Assembly: GCA_028699795.1 (NCBI GenBank)
Contig: JAQVTZ010000001.1
Location: 1 to 51,200 of the forward strand
From: Clostridia bacterium
GTDB taxonomy: Bacteria; Bacillota; Clostridia; Christensenellales; DTU072
Direction of reading: 5' to 3'
DNA length: 51,200 bases
In this document: in pieces, positions 7,686 through 16,156 of the stretch
Layout of the letters: every line of letters starts with the position of its first letter
Numbering within the stretch: position 1 is the first letter of the stretch
Translations under genes and position numbers: made by a program
Notes under the pieces: model-generated
What the model was told of the DNA's origin: nothing
The model's input: only the letters and a program-made list of their open reading frames with translations
The model's database searches: none

Positions 7686-8138
7686 TCATCCCTCTCCTTC
7701 GCTGTCGTCGTACATCGTGTCAAATGGAAGCTCGTCATCTTCTATGTCTGAATTGAAGTTTTTCATATCGTCGGACGACTCGTTAAAGTCGGAAATAACA
7801 ATGTAAACGGTTGTGTACGTTTTCCCATTGCTTGTTATTTCTTCCTTTTCAGTCCATCCCTTCACGATGTCGATATATGTTCCGTTGCGTAGCGCCTTTG
7901 CGGGCTCAAATGCCTTCCCTACGAAGCGCCCTTCCCAATGCGTGTAGACGCGCTCGGGTACGGGCTTCCCTTGTTTATCGAGAACGACCTCACCTGTTTC
8001 CTTGTCGTGTTTGGGGCGTCCTGTTCTTTTGGATGTTCGCAAGTCGGCAAATAGCATTTTTTCGCTGACCGAATATCGCATGGTTACGTTGCTTACCGCA
8101 ACATATCGACTCGGGTTGTTACCGATGTTAAAGCTCAT
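7686..8138 (-). CDS. SSB-like protein (non-canonical OB-fold candidate with acidic DDELPF tail)
   Basis: AAAGGAGA RBS. The acidic C-terminal tail contains DDELPF (compare the SSB tip DDDIPF). Paralogous to 50408-50770 (shared W..RFVG.A.E.AK.L and Y..I.I.DF blocks). Confidence 0.65.
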   Translation of the reverse strand: MSFNIGNNPSRYVAVSNVTMRYSVSEKMLFADLRTSKRTGRPKHDKETGEVVLDKQGKPVPERVYTHWEGRFVGKAFEPAKALRNGTYIDIVKGWTEKEEITSNGKTYTTVYIVISDFNESSDDMKNFNSDIEDDELPFDTMYDDSEGEG

Positions 8139-8178
8139 TTCGCTATTCTCCTTTCGAGCGTTTTAGTTGTTCATCTTC

Positions 8179-8207
8179 ATATTAGCACAGCGTACTTATT
8201 TTGTCAA
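8179..8207 (-). promoter_or_regulatory. Sigma-A type promoter (same family, minus strand) for the SSB-like/wHTH/HU operon
   Basis: Minus strand reads TTGACA, 17 nt (aaataAGTACgctgtgc), TAATAT. Confidence 0.7.
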
Positions 8208-8224
8208 TTACTTTTACAAAAAAG

Positions 8225-8247
8225 AGAGGGCGGTTATCCCGCCCTCT
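8225..8247. terminator. Intrinsic terminator (end of the long minus-strand transfer operon)
   Basis: AGAGGGCGG-ttatc-CCGCCCTCT with A/T runs on both sides. Confidence 0.8.
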
Positions 8248-8249
8248 GC

Positions 8250-8456
8250 TCAGTCTTCGTCTGTACCGATGCGCGGATGTACATTGTACCGTGCTCGGAG
8301 CTCTTCTTGCCGCCGTCGGATGTCTAACAAGGGGAGCGTGCGGATTTTAATTATCGCGTACTCACGTTCAATGTTGAACATTTCAACCTCGTACTCTTCG
8401 TCGGTAGTCGGAGTTCTTGTGATGTTTTTTATGCGGTCAAAAAGGTTTTGTCCCAT
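8250..8456 (-). CDS. Hypothetical protein (68 aa)
   Basis: Strong AGGAGGAGG RBS. Immediately follows the giant gene and precedes the terminator. Confidence 0.7.
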   Translation of the reverse strand: MGQNLFDRIKNITRTPTTDEEYEVEMFNIEREYAIIKIRTLPLLDIRRRQEELRARYNVHPRIGTDED

Positions 8457-8471
8457 GTTATGTCCTCCTCC

Positions 8472-11400
8472 TTACCTTCCCTTTTCGGTATTTTTTTCTT
8501 TATCCGAACGTTCGGGCGCGGTCTCCGTTTTTTGTTGTGCCGCTTTATCCTTTGCGGCGTCTATTTCTTCTTTCCATTGCTCTTTGGTCTTATGCGTCGT
8601 GTTTACGTCAAGCGCTGTTGTCAGATTGTTTTTGTCGGTCTCCTTTTGTTCGTTCTCCTGCGGGACGTATATTTTGGTCTTGTAATGCCCCTTTTCCTCG
8701 AACGCTTCTGCAAGGGAAATTTTGACCTCTCCCTTCTCTTTGCTTCGCGTCGCGATGCTTTCGATATGGTCTTTAAGCCCCTTTTGCGCTCCGTCGCCTA
8801 TGTCGATGCGGGTATGAATTACGCTCATCTTGCCGTCGGGCGTAGGGGCATATAGGGATATGTCACATTTCGTATAAGGATATGATACACCGTTTTTGTT
8901 TGCCTCGCCTCGTATTCCTTGTATCTGTTTCTCTGCGCTCTCGATAATTCGGTCGGCGATTTTCGGATGACATATTGTTCCGTTTTCGAATACGGGCTTG
9001 CTCGTCCAGTTTTCACAGAACGATACTTCAACGACCGCGCCGTTTTTGGCGGCATTATCGACAATCGCGGTTGCTCGGCTGGCGACGTTTGCGACAAACG
9101 ATTCGGGGGCGTTTTTGAGCTCTCCCTTTATGTCTCTTGATATCACCTTGCTTTTTGCGATGTAGTCTATTTGGGCGGACGTGAGTTTTGCCAATTCGGG
9201 GTGAGTTTCCTTCATTGACTCAAGTACTTTTAGGGGTGCTTTATCATACTTTGCTTTGAGCCCGCCTTGCTGTTGTTCGGATAAGTCAACAAACCGTTCG
9301 CTCAACATGTTGAATGTCGCGCTGTTGCGGTCTAGGCGCTCTACGGCGGATTCCAGTAAAGTAATTGCCTTGTCTTGCTCTTTGCGCGTTTCTGCGGTAT
9401 TCAGGAGCTCTACGTTGTCGTGCATGATTGAGACGTCTTCGGTTCGCGTCTCGAGAATGGCGGTCTGTTCTTTGAGGACTTCCATGATATCCTTGTTTGC
9501 TCCGTGCGCTTGTGCAAGAATCGGAAGCTCTCGTTTTGCTCTTTCTATGCCGTCGATTTGTGTTTCCGTAATTGTCAAATATTTATCTGTCATTTTTTTA
9601 ATTGTGTCTTTGTTGAGTTTTGTTTCGTCTTTAATCGTGAGGTCGAGATTAAAGCCTCTGGTGTCAAGCTCTGCCTTAATGTCGGCGGTTAAAGCGCGGG
9701 TTTCCTTGTAGATTACTTCAAGAGATTTCTGAAAATCTTGGAGTGAAAATCCGTTTGTATATGCCGCCATATAATTAAACGAGCTTGTGCTTGTCTCTAT
9801 CCCGAACGTGCTCGCCGTCGAGTATGCAACCGCTTCGGCTTGCGTTTCTTTGAGGCTTTTGTTTATATCGTCAACACTAAGCCCCATTTCTTGCGCGAGC
9901 GCGTTTTGGTCTTTGTGCAGGTCTGCGTGAGCCATTTCGTGAAGGAGCGTTGAGCATTTTTCGGTTAGCGGGAGCGAGTTTAGTATGGTGATGGTGTTGG
10001 TAAGGCGATTATATGTCCCTTGTGCTCCCGACTTAATCTCTTCTTCGACAACGGGTACGCCCCTGTTGGAACAAACGCCTTGCAATGCCTCATAAAGACG
10101 CGCCATCTTAACGGGGTCTTGTGAGGCAACTTTGGTGTCCAATTCTGTTGCGAGCTTTGCCTGTCTTTCGGGCGTGTTGACGATTTTGGTTTCGCCGCGA
10201 TTGTTTTTAATCGGCTTCCCGTTTTTGTCGTTGACGACCTCTTCTTTTGTAAATCCTCTTTTTACCCAAAGATACTCGGGGACAATACAATCTTTTACGT
10301 CAAAGACTGTTCCCGCCGTGAACGCGATGGGTACTTTTCCGAGAATCGCTCGGTCGATATATTTTTTCATTTCGTCGTCGTTATTAAATATCCCTCTCTC
10401 TTTGCCGTCGACTCTTATTCCCATCAAATGATTTGAGCGGTTCATTGTAAATTCGATTTTACTTCCGCCTAATTGGTGTGTGACGACGGGCTCACTACGG
10501 TCGCGCAACTGAGTAAGCAAGTCTGATTTGATTGCGCTAAACAATCCGTCTTTTCGGTTTTCTTTTGCCATAACGGGGATGATAATTTGCGCTCCTTGCG
10601 CTCCTTGTTTTACGTTGCGCCCGAAATCCTTCCATTGGTCGTAGCCCATGACGTGAGACGCCTCGGGCTTTTGCATCCATACGAGCATTGCGTTTGTAAA
10701 ACTGTAATTGTTGTAAAAGAGCTTGCCGCCCGTTGCAAGCCAATTTTTGAATTGGTCGGAGTCAAGCGCTTGCTTGATTCCGTTTTCGAGCTGTTCTTTT
10801 AACTTGTCTTTTTTAGACATGTCGGGCTGTTCTTTGTTTTCCATGTCTTCGCTCCTTTCGTTTGTATGGTTCTGATTGAAGAATTTAATGAACGTTTGTT
10901 GCTGTTCGGGGGTTAAATCGTGTCGCTCCAACGTGTTATCCATGCGGTTTCCTGTTGATATGTAATATGTGTCGTTTTGACTCATAACGGCGCGTTGCAT
11001 GTCTTCTCCGTTATACTCGATGTTCGCCATATAAACCATGTCTTTGACCTCGTACCCCTTGATTATAAAATTCTCGGGGGGAAGGTCGGGCTCTGTCTTT
11101 GCCATCGAATAGGCGTACACCTCTCCAACGGCTTCGTCAAATAACGGCGGAGTCATGTCGTAGAAATCTGTTCGCAAGATTGACCCCGTGCCGACGCTTT
11201 GTTCTCCGTTTGACGTTTCAGTTAGCTGTATGAGAAGTTTTTCCCCTTCGTTGTACATGGAGAGGCGAAGCGTTCCGTCTTCTCTGAGGGGCGCGTCTTC
11301 GAATATTTGATAAAGCCCGTTATGCGCATCGAGTTTGGCAACGCCGAGTTTTATTCCTTCCTTTCCTTGTTCGCGAGCTATTTCTTCATATATTTTAATG

Positions 11401-14400
11401 AGAAGACTGTCCTCGGGTCGGTCATTATCTTTGAGTAATTCCGCAAGTTTGTGAAGCGTATTTTCATCTGTTATGTAATAGTTTTTTGCGGCAGTAACAT
11501 GTTCGTCAAGCGTTCCGTAGTCACTATCCGTAAGCGTATAGACGGTTTGGTGTTCTTTTTCGGCGAGCTTTAGGTTGGTTTCGATTGGCATGTGGTCGTT
11601 GACTTTTTCTTTCAAGCCGCCTTTTTCGAGAACGAATTCTTTTATTTTGTCATCCGCGTCTACGAAAAACGAGTCCCTTTCGATTGGGTCATACTTTTCT
11701 TCGACGTATCCTCTAAATATAGCGCGTCCCGTTGGCTCATAGCCTCTCGTTCTTTCAAGCTCGAACGGCACATACCCAACTTCCCGCCAGTCGGCAATCT
11801 TTTCTTTGAGATTGTCCTCGAGATTTCCGCGCATAAAATCAGCGGAGTCGTATACGTATTCGCCCGTGATTACGTGCTTAAATTCAACGTTAAAGCCTCG
11901 CAGATAATAGTCGTCATATCCGTAATTCTCCTTTTTGTCTTCTTTCCAGTCGACATAGGCTTCGCTTGCGGATATATAGGTCATTTGCGGTATTTCGTAT
12001 AATTTTTCGGGATATTGGGCGCGTTGATAGGATTGTGGAGGCTCAGGGAGATAGTTCTGCGGGTATAGCGCCTTGTCTATCTTGTGTTCTGCGTCTGGGT
12101 CGTCGTTCACGACGCCCGTAATCCACTCTTTTGCTTCGACAAGGCTCTCGAAGGACATTGGTACTGACGGGACTTCGCCGAGATATACGATATTGGTTTC
12201 ATAGCTGTCGATTTTGTCATACTCGTATCCGCTTGCAAGCATGGCGTTGTCAATTTTTTCCTTGTACGCCTCAATGATGTCTTTTGCTATGTTGTCTGCA
12301 AAGAATATATCGGGCTCTTTTATGAGCGCTTCTGCGTCGCGCATTACATATTGCTCTTCGCTGATTTTATGTTCTTCGATGGTTCTTATATATCTGTCGC
12401 GTTCGGGAAGAATGTTTTTGGCGTATCGAGCGTCCATCAGTTGGTCGAGCAGTATTTCTTTTGCGAGCTTTGTTTTTGGGCTTGTCCATTCATATGCTTC
12501 AAGGCTCTTAATTGCTCTTTCTAGGGCGCGTTCGTGATAAAGACTACACGGCATTGGGTTTGTCGGGCGGGCGCTGTATTCATATGTAAGGCGTTCGGGA
12601 TAAAGTTCTCTTGTGATGGCGTAAGACTCTTTGCTCTGCGGGTCTTTTTGTATATATTCGTTGTTTAACCACGCCTCCGCATCGTTAATTGTGCGGAATA
12701 TTTTGGGGGATTCGCTTTCCTCTCCCTTAAAAACAATCTGATTCAGCGCATCGAGGGCGTCGGGTACGGTTTTTGCTACTGGATGATAACCGTAACTTTT
12801 TGGGATGTCGATTTCATACCCTACTTCCCTCATTGCATTTATGACTTTCAATTCGTTTTTGTCTTGTGCGGTTTTTCGAGCGGCTTCGATACGGTCAATC
12901 ATGTGTCTGTCATCGGTTATTTTCACTCTTTCGGGGTACAGGGCGAGGCGTATGATGTCTTTGGTTGTTGATAATTCGGGGCGCGTGAAGTTGGGATAAT
13001 TTGTCTCGGGATGCAGTATCCGACAAAGCCAATTTTCGGCGTCTTGGACAGTTGGGAAGCGTTCTATGTGTGGAAACGGGGGGTATTGCGGGTTGGTGTT
13101 ATTAAATTTCACTTCTCCCTGATAGGGTTCTGTTGTTTGGGTAAATCCGAGCGCCTCAAACGCCGCCTCGACTTTTTCTGTTTGTTCCCGTTCCATTTCA
13201 ACGCCCGCGGCTATAATGCGTTCTTTTTTTCCGCTCAGTACCTCGGTTATGCGGTTTCCGAGCGTTGCTTTTCTTTCTTCCCATAAAGAATAGGCGCGTT
13301 GATAGTTGTCTATTTGACGAGGCAGTTCATTGTATTGTCTGATAATGGAGGGGTCTTCAACCTCGTTCTCGGCGAACGCCTCTCTTACGTAATTGAGAGA
13401 AGCAATGTTTCCCACCATCAATTCAAAGGCGCTGTCTTCTAACAAGTCGGAGCGCGTTTTTGTTCCTCGGGCGTCATCATATCCGTACTGGTCATATTCG
13501 TGCATAAAGCTGTCTGCTCGCGCCGCAAGCTCATATGCGGAGTCTTGGAGCGTTTCTCGGCTTTCGTCGTTTTCGTTTATTTGGATTAGCAAATTTTCCG
13601 CGATTTCGCGTTGCTGTTGGTCGGGGGCGGTTTTGGACATTTCTTCTAATCTTTCGTATCTGTCAACCGTCTGACTCACGCCGTCTGTACCGATTTCCCG
13701 TGCGTAAAAATAAACCGAGCTTCTTTTCGCAATTTCGGTCTCTGCTTTGGCGAGGATGTTTGCTATGTTCTCTGTAAGGTCTTTTTCACGATTTTGAAGC
13801 TCTTGCGGCAGGAGAACGATTCCGAGCTCTTTTTCCGCCGAGCGTACTTTTTGAAAGCATCCGAGCTCTTCTGTCATCGTGAGCTGATTTTCTATTTTAA
13901 TGGCGGTTGTACTCTTGTTCTGCTGAATGCTTGCATTAAAGTTGCGGATAGGTTCATACCCGTATTGTGTGACGCGATATGCAATGTACGGCGCGTCGTT
14001 GTCTGCTCCGTGGTCGGCAAATCGAGCCCTTGCGTCCGTAATGATAATGTCTCCGTTAGATGCCGTTGTCCCACCTTTGGTTGCCGCCTCTACTCTCTCT
14101 TCGAGACTTGTATCCCCCGTCCTCACCGTGAGGAGACGGTTCTCCCCGTCCCTCATTCGAATGGTCATTAACTCGTAATTAGACGGAACGGGTGTTGATA
14201 AGTCGATTTCTATTTGCGTAACCTCTGGTTTTGGCTTCATTACGGCGAGAACGCTATGGATGTCTTTTTCGCGAGACTCCCTTACCCGAGTAACGTCGTC
14301 GAGGGCTTGTGTGAGCCTTCCCATTGCCTCAATTTTTTCCGCTTCGTCAAACGGCGCGGTCATATTGTCTATCATTTTGGTTTCCACCTCAAAGGGAGAG

Positions 14401-15605
14401 GCGTTTGCCCTCAATAGCAATGCCATTTCTCTAATAGGGAGGCTGTCGAGCGATTCTCTTGTTGCTTGTTTCGTGTCCATTCTGACGTTCCTTTCTTCTC
14501 GCTCGGGGAGCGGGCTTGCTTCGCTATATGTGTCGCCAATTTTTACGAGGTCTTTTGCCGTGCGAGGCAAGTTTTCCTTTTCGTTCCACTCGAGACTTTG
14601 CGGGTCGATGCGGATTTCCGTGCTATTCTCGGACGGTCTTGTGATGCTTATGCTTTCTCCTTGTGCAATCAAGCGCTCTTCGGGGACATACGCACTTAGC
14701 GTTCCGTCCGCATTTATGTCGATTGCCATTCCTTTTTGTAGCGCCTTTTCGCGGATGTTTTCTGCGCTTCTTACGCGCTTTTGCATTTCTGTTTTGTCGC
14801 GGTCTTTGGGCGGAATTTCTTCGCGGACATCTTCTCTTTGCAAAACAATCCGTTGTAGGGCGTCCGCAATATGAGGCACGCCGCTGTCATAACGTATTCT
14901 GTTTCCCTCCCATGTTCCTTTGCTTGAGTTTATGTCGTTGAGAAGCTTGATTGCGTTGCCTCCCGCTTCCTTCCATTTGTCGAGGTTGTGCGTATAGTCG
15001 TCCAACAAAAAGTCGTTTTCTGTGATTCCGCCTTCGATGTAGCTCGCCTTGTTTTCCCCGCATGGAACGAATATGCGCTGTTCCTTTCGAATGTTCGGCA
15101 TGTATTTGTCGAGCCACTCGTTTTTTTCTTTTAGCGCGTACTCGCTTTGCGTTAAATAGGCTGATAATATGTACACGTCTATGTTTGGGTTGTGCCTATT
15201 GAGCCCGTTAATTGTATCAAGAACGTTTATATGCGGCGCAAGGTTGCGAAAGTATCCTTCTTCGTAAAGGGCGCTTTGTGCCACGGGAATAAACGTGCTC
15301 AGCGTCCCGTCCATATCCACAAATAGTCTTTTTCGCGGGGCGTCTATTTTGGTTAGGGTCGGCGTAAGCTCCTTGTACATCAGGTTGCGTCGCACGTTCG
15401 AATAGCGCCGCTCAATAGAATACAAGGGCTTATCGCTTTCGTACACGATGCCCTTGTCTCTATCAATTCGTATTTTGTTTTCGTGAAGTATCATGGGGGT
15501 GCGCTGAGCCAATCGATATGTGCTGAACATACCGTAATTATTAACGTCGTTTTCTTTTTTTATTACATCGAGGATTGCTTTTCGCACCGCTTCGGATACT
15601 GCCAT
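8472..15605 (-). CDS. Giant polyvalent conjugative-element protein (2377 aa): HAD/NT5C-like nucleotidase + repeat modules + ArdC-N ssDNA-binding + HExxH zincin
   Basis: Residues ~92-240 (nt ~14886-15332): LFVDMDGTL..YILSAY..FLLDDYTHNL (HAD motifs I-IV, 5'(3')-deoxyribonucleotidase-like). Three repeats of the type F.(S/T)..(D/E)A..W....YP(E/Q)(R/N). ArdC-N-like YSFTNAMLVWMQ..GYDQWKDFGRNVKQG (nt ~10560-10810). LLHEMAHADLH at ~9929-9943. GGGAGG RBS. Confidence 0.85.
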   Translation of the reverse strand: MAVSEAVRKAILDVIKKENDVNNYGMFSTYRLAQRTPMILHENKIRIDRDKGIVYESDKPLYSIERRYSNVRRNLMYKELTPTLTKIDAPRKRLFVDMDGTLSTFIPVAQSALYEEGYFRNLAPHINVLDTINGLNRHNPNIDVYILSAYLTQSEYALKEKNEWLDKYMPNIRKEQRIFVPCGENKASYIEGGITENDFLLDDYTHNLDKWKEAGGNAIKLLNDINSSKGTWEGNRIRYDSGVPHIADALQRIVLQREDVREEIPPKDRDKTEMQKRVRSAENIREKALQKGMAIDINADGTLSAYVPEERLIAQGESISITRPSENSTEIRIDPQSLEWNEKENLPRTAKDLVKIGDTYSEASPLPEREERNVRMDTKQATRESLDSLPIREMALLLRANASPFEVETKMIDNMTAPFDEAEKIEAMGRLTQALDDVTRVRESREKDIHSVLAVMKPKPEVTQIEIDLSTPVPSNYELMTIRMRDGENRLLTVRTGDTSLEERVEAATKGGTTASNGDIIITDARARFADHGADNDAPYIAYRVTQYGYEPIRNFNASIQQNKSTTAIKIENQLTMTEELGCFQKVRSAEKELGIVLLPQELQNREKDLTENIANILAKAETEIAKRSSVYFYAREIGTDGVSQTVDRYERLEEMSKTAPDQQQREIAENLLIQINENDESRETLQDSAYELAARADSFMHEYDQYGYDDARGTKTRSDLLEDSAFELMVGNIASLNYVREAFAENEVEDPSIIRQYNELPRQIDNYQRAYSLWEERKATLGNRITEVLSGKKERIIAAGVEMEREQTEKVEAAFEALGFTQTTEPYQGEVKFNNTNPQYPPFPHIERFPTVQDAENWLCRILHPETNYPNFTRPELSTTKDIIRLALYPERVKITDDRHMIDRIEAARKTAQDKNELKVINAMREVGYEIDIPKSYGYHPVAKTVPDALDALNQIVFKGEESESPKIFRTINDAEAWLNNEYIQKDPQSKESYAITRELYPERLTYEYSARPTNPMPCSLYHERALERAIKSLEAYEWTSPKTKLAKEILLDQLMDARYAKNILPERDRYIRTIEEHKISEEQYVMRDAEALIKEPDIFFADNIAKDIIEAYKEKIDNAMLASGYEYDKIDSYETNIVYLGEVPSVPMSFESLVEAKEWITGVVNDDPDAEHKIDKALYPQNYLPEPPQSYQRAQYPEKLYEIPQMTYISASEAYVDWKEDKKENYGYDDYYLRGFNVEFKHVITGEYVYDSADFMRGNLEDNLKEKIADWREVGYVPFELERTRGYEPTGRAIFRGYVEEKYDPIERDSFFVDADDKIKEFVLEKGGLKEKVNDHMPIETNLKLAEKEHQTVYTLTDSDYGTLDEHVTAAKNYYITDENTLHKLAELLKDNDRPEDSLLIKIYEEIAREQGKEGIKLGVAKLDAHNGLYQIFEDAPLREDGTLRLSMYNEGEKLLIQLTETSNGEQSVGTGSILRTDFYDMTPPLFDEAVGEVYAYSMAKTEPDLPPENFIIKGYEVKDMVYMANIEYNGEDMQRAVMSQNDTYYISTGNRMDNTLERHDLTPEQQQTFIKFFNQNHTNERSEDMENKEQPDMSKKDKLKEQLENGIKQALDSDQFKNWLATGGKLFYNNYSFTNAMLVWMQKPEASHVMGYDQWKDFGRNVKQGAQGAQIIIPVMAKENRKDGLFSAIKSDLLTQLRDRSEPVVTHQLGGSKIEFTMNRSNHLMGIRVDGKERGIFNNDDEMKKYIDRAILGKVPIAFTAGTVFDVKDCIVPEYLWVKRGFTKEEVVNDKNGKPIKNNRGETKIVNTPERQAKLATELDTKVASQDPVKMARLYEALQGVCSNRGVPVVEEEIKSGAQGTYNRLTNTITILNSLPLTEKCSTLLHEMAHADLHKDQNALAQEMGLSVDDINKSLKETQAEAVAYSTASTFGIETSTSSFNYMAAYTNGFSLQDFQKSLEVIYKETRALTADIKAELDTRGFNLDLTIKDETKLNKDTIKKMTDKYLTITETQIDGIERAKRELPILAQAHGANKDIMEVLKEQTAILETRTEDVSIMHDNVELLNTAETRKEQDKAITLLESAVERLDRNSATFNMLSERFVDLSEQQQGGLKAKYDKAPLKVLESMKETHPELAKLTSAQIDYIAKSKVISRDIKGELKNAPESFVANVASRATAIVDNAAKNGAVVEVSFCENWTSKPVFENGTICHPKIADRIIESAEKQIQGIRGEANKNGVSYPYTKCDISLYAPTPDGKMSVIHTRIDIGDGAQKGLKDHIESIATRSKEKGEVKISLAEAFEEKGHYKTKIYVPQENEQKETDKNNLTTALDVNTTHKTKEQWKEEIDAAKDKAAQQKTETAPERSDKEKNTEKGR
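14120..14134. promoter_or_regulatory. 15-bp palindrome TCCTCAC-C-GTGAGGA (site 3, intragenic)
   Basis: Perfect copy inside the giant ORF, translated as LLTVRT. Confidence 0.75.
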
Positions 15606-15620
15606 GTCTGCGCCTCCCGC

Positions 15621-16049
15621 CTAACGTATTCTCTCTTCGTCGGAATGGCTTGGGGGCTTGATTTCAACGGCAGATGTATGGGGTGCTTCCACGCTTTTGT
15701 TTGCCCTTTCTCGGGCGATTTGTGCATTGTAGCTATCCATGTCGTAATAGCGATGCTCACGCTCTCTCGGGTTTTCTAGGCTATCAACAATTTCTCTGTC
15801 GTTTCGCTCAAATTCCGTGCGTTTGGTTATTTCGTGTAGTCGGTCTCGATACATCTGCGCTTGTGCGTTGCCGATTACCGTTATGTTTTGCGCGAATCCG
15901 ACTTGCCCGTATGCGGAGTTCACGTCGACCGAAAGATTTTCCTTGTCCGCTTTGGTTTTTATATTTTTTTCGCTTTTTTCAAGCTCCCGAAGCGTCTTTT
16001 CGATTTCTGTCGATGCCAGATTGCGATAATGTTTTTCAAATAGTGCCAT
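15621..16049 (-). CDS. Hypothetical protein (142 aa)
   Basis: AGGGGGA RBS. Charged, coiled-coil-like. No motif recognised. Confidence 0.65.
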   Translation of the reverse strand: MALFEKHYRNLASTEIEKTLRELEKSEKNIKTKADKENLSVDVNSAYGQVGFAQNITVIGNAQAQMYRDRLHEITKRTEFERNDREIVDSLENPREREHRYYDMDSYNAQIARERANKSVEAPHTSAVEIKPPSHSDEERIR

Positions 16050-16156
16050 TTTACATCCCCCTTATGTGCTGTATACCGTGTTGGTAATGCAATACACCAT
16101 GTTTAATTATATACCATTGAGCGCAGATATTCAAGCGTATCTCAGGGGCGGGCAGG

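Noticed and set aside
7649-7738. The N-terminal extension of the wHTH ORF (track start 7738), and the similar 5' extensions of track ORFs at 1729, 3580, 4429, 34115, 39221, 39725, 40813, 41528, 47585 and 48787.
   Set aside because: The extensions overlap the preceding gene or the promoter/leader. In each case an in-frame start with a good GGAG-type RBS lies downstream.
14260-14874. Plus-strand ORFs antisense to the giant gene and other transfer genes: 14260-14874, 9256-9711, 16376-17152, 21915-22304, 24985-25827, 25721-26377, 30161-30910, 31201-31605 and 6917-7606.
   Set aside because: They lie fully inside strongly supported minus-strand genes. Their composition is low-complexity and Ser/Phe/Leu/Cys-rich, as is typical of antisense frames. 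None has an RBS.
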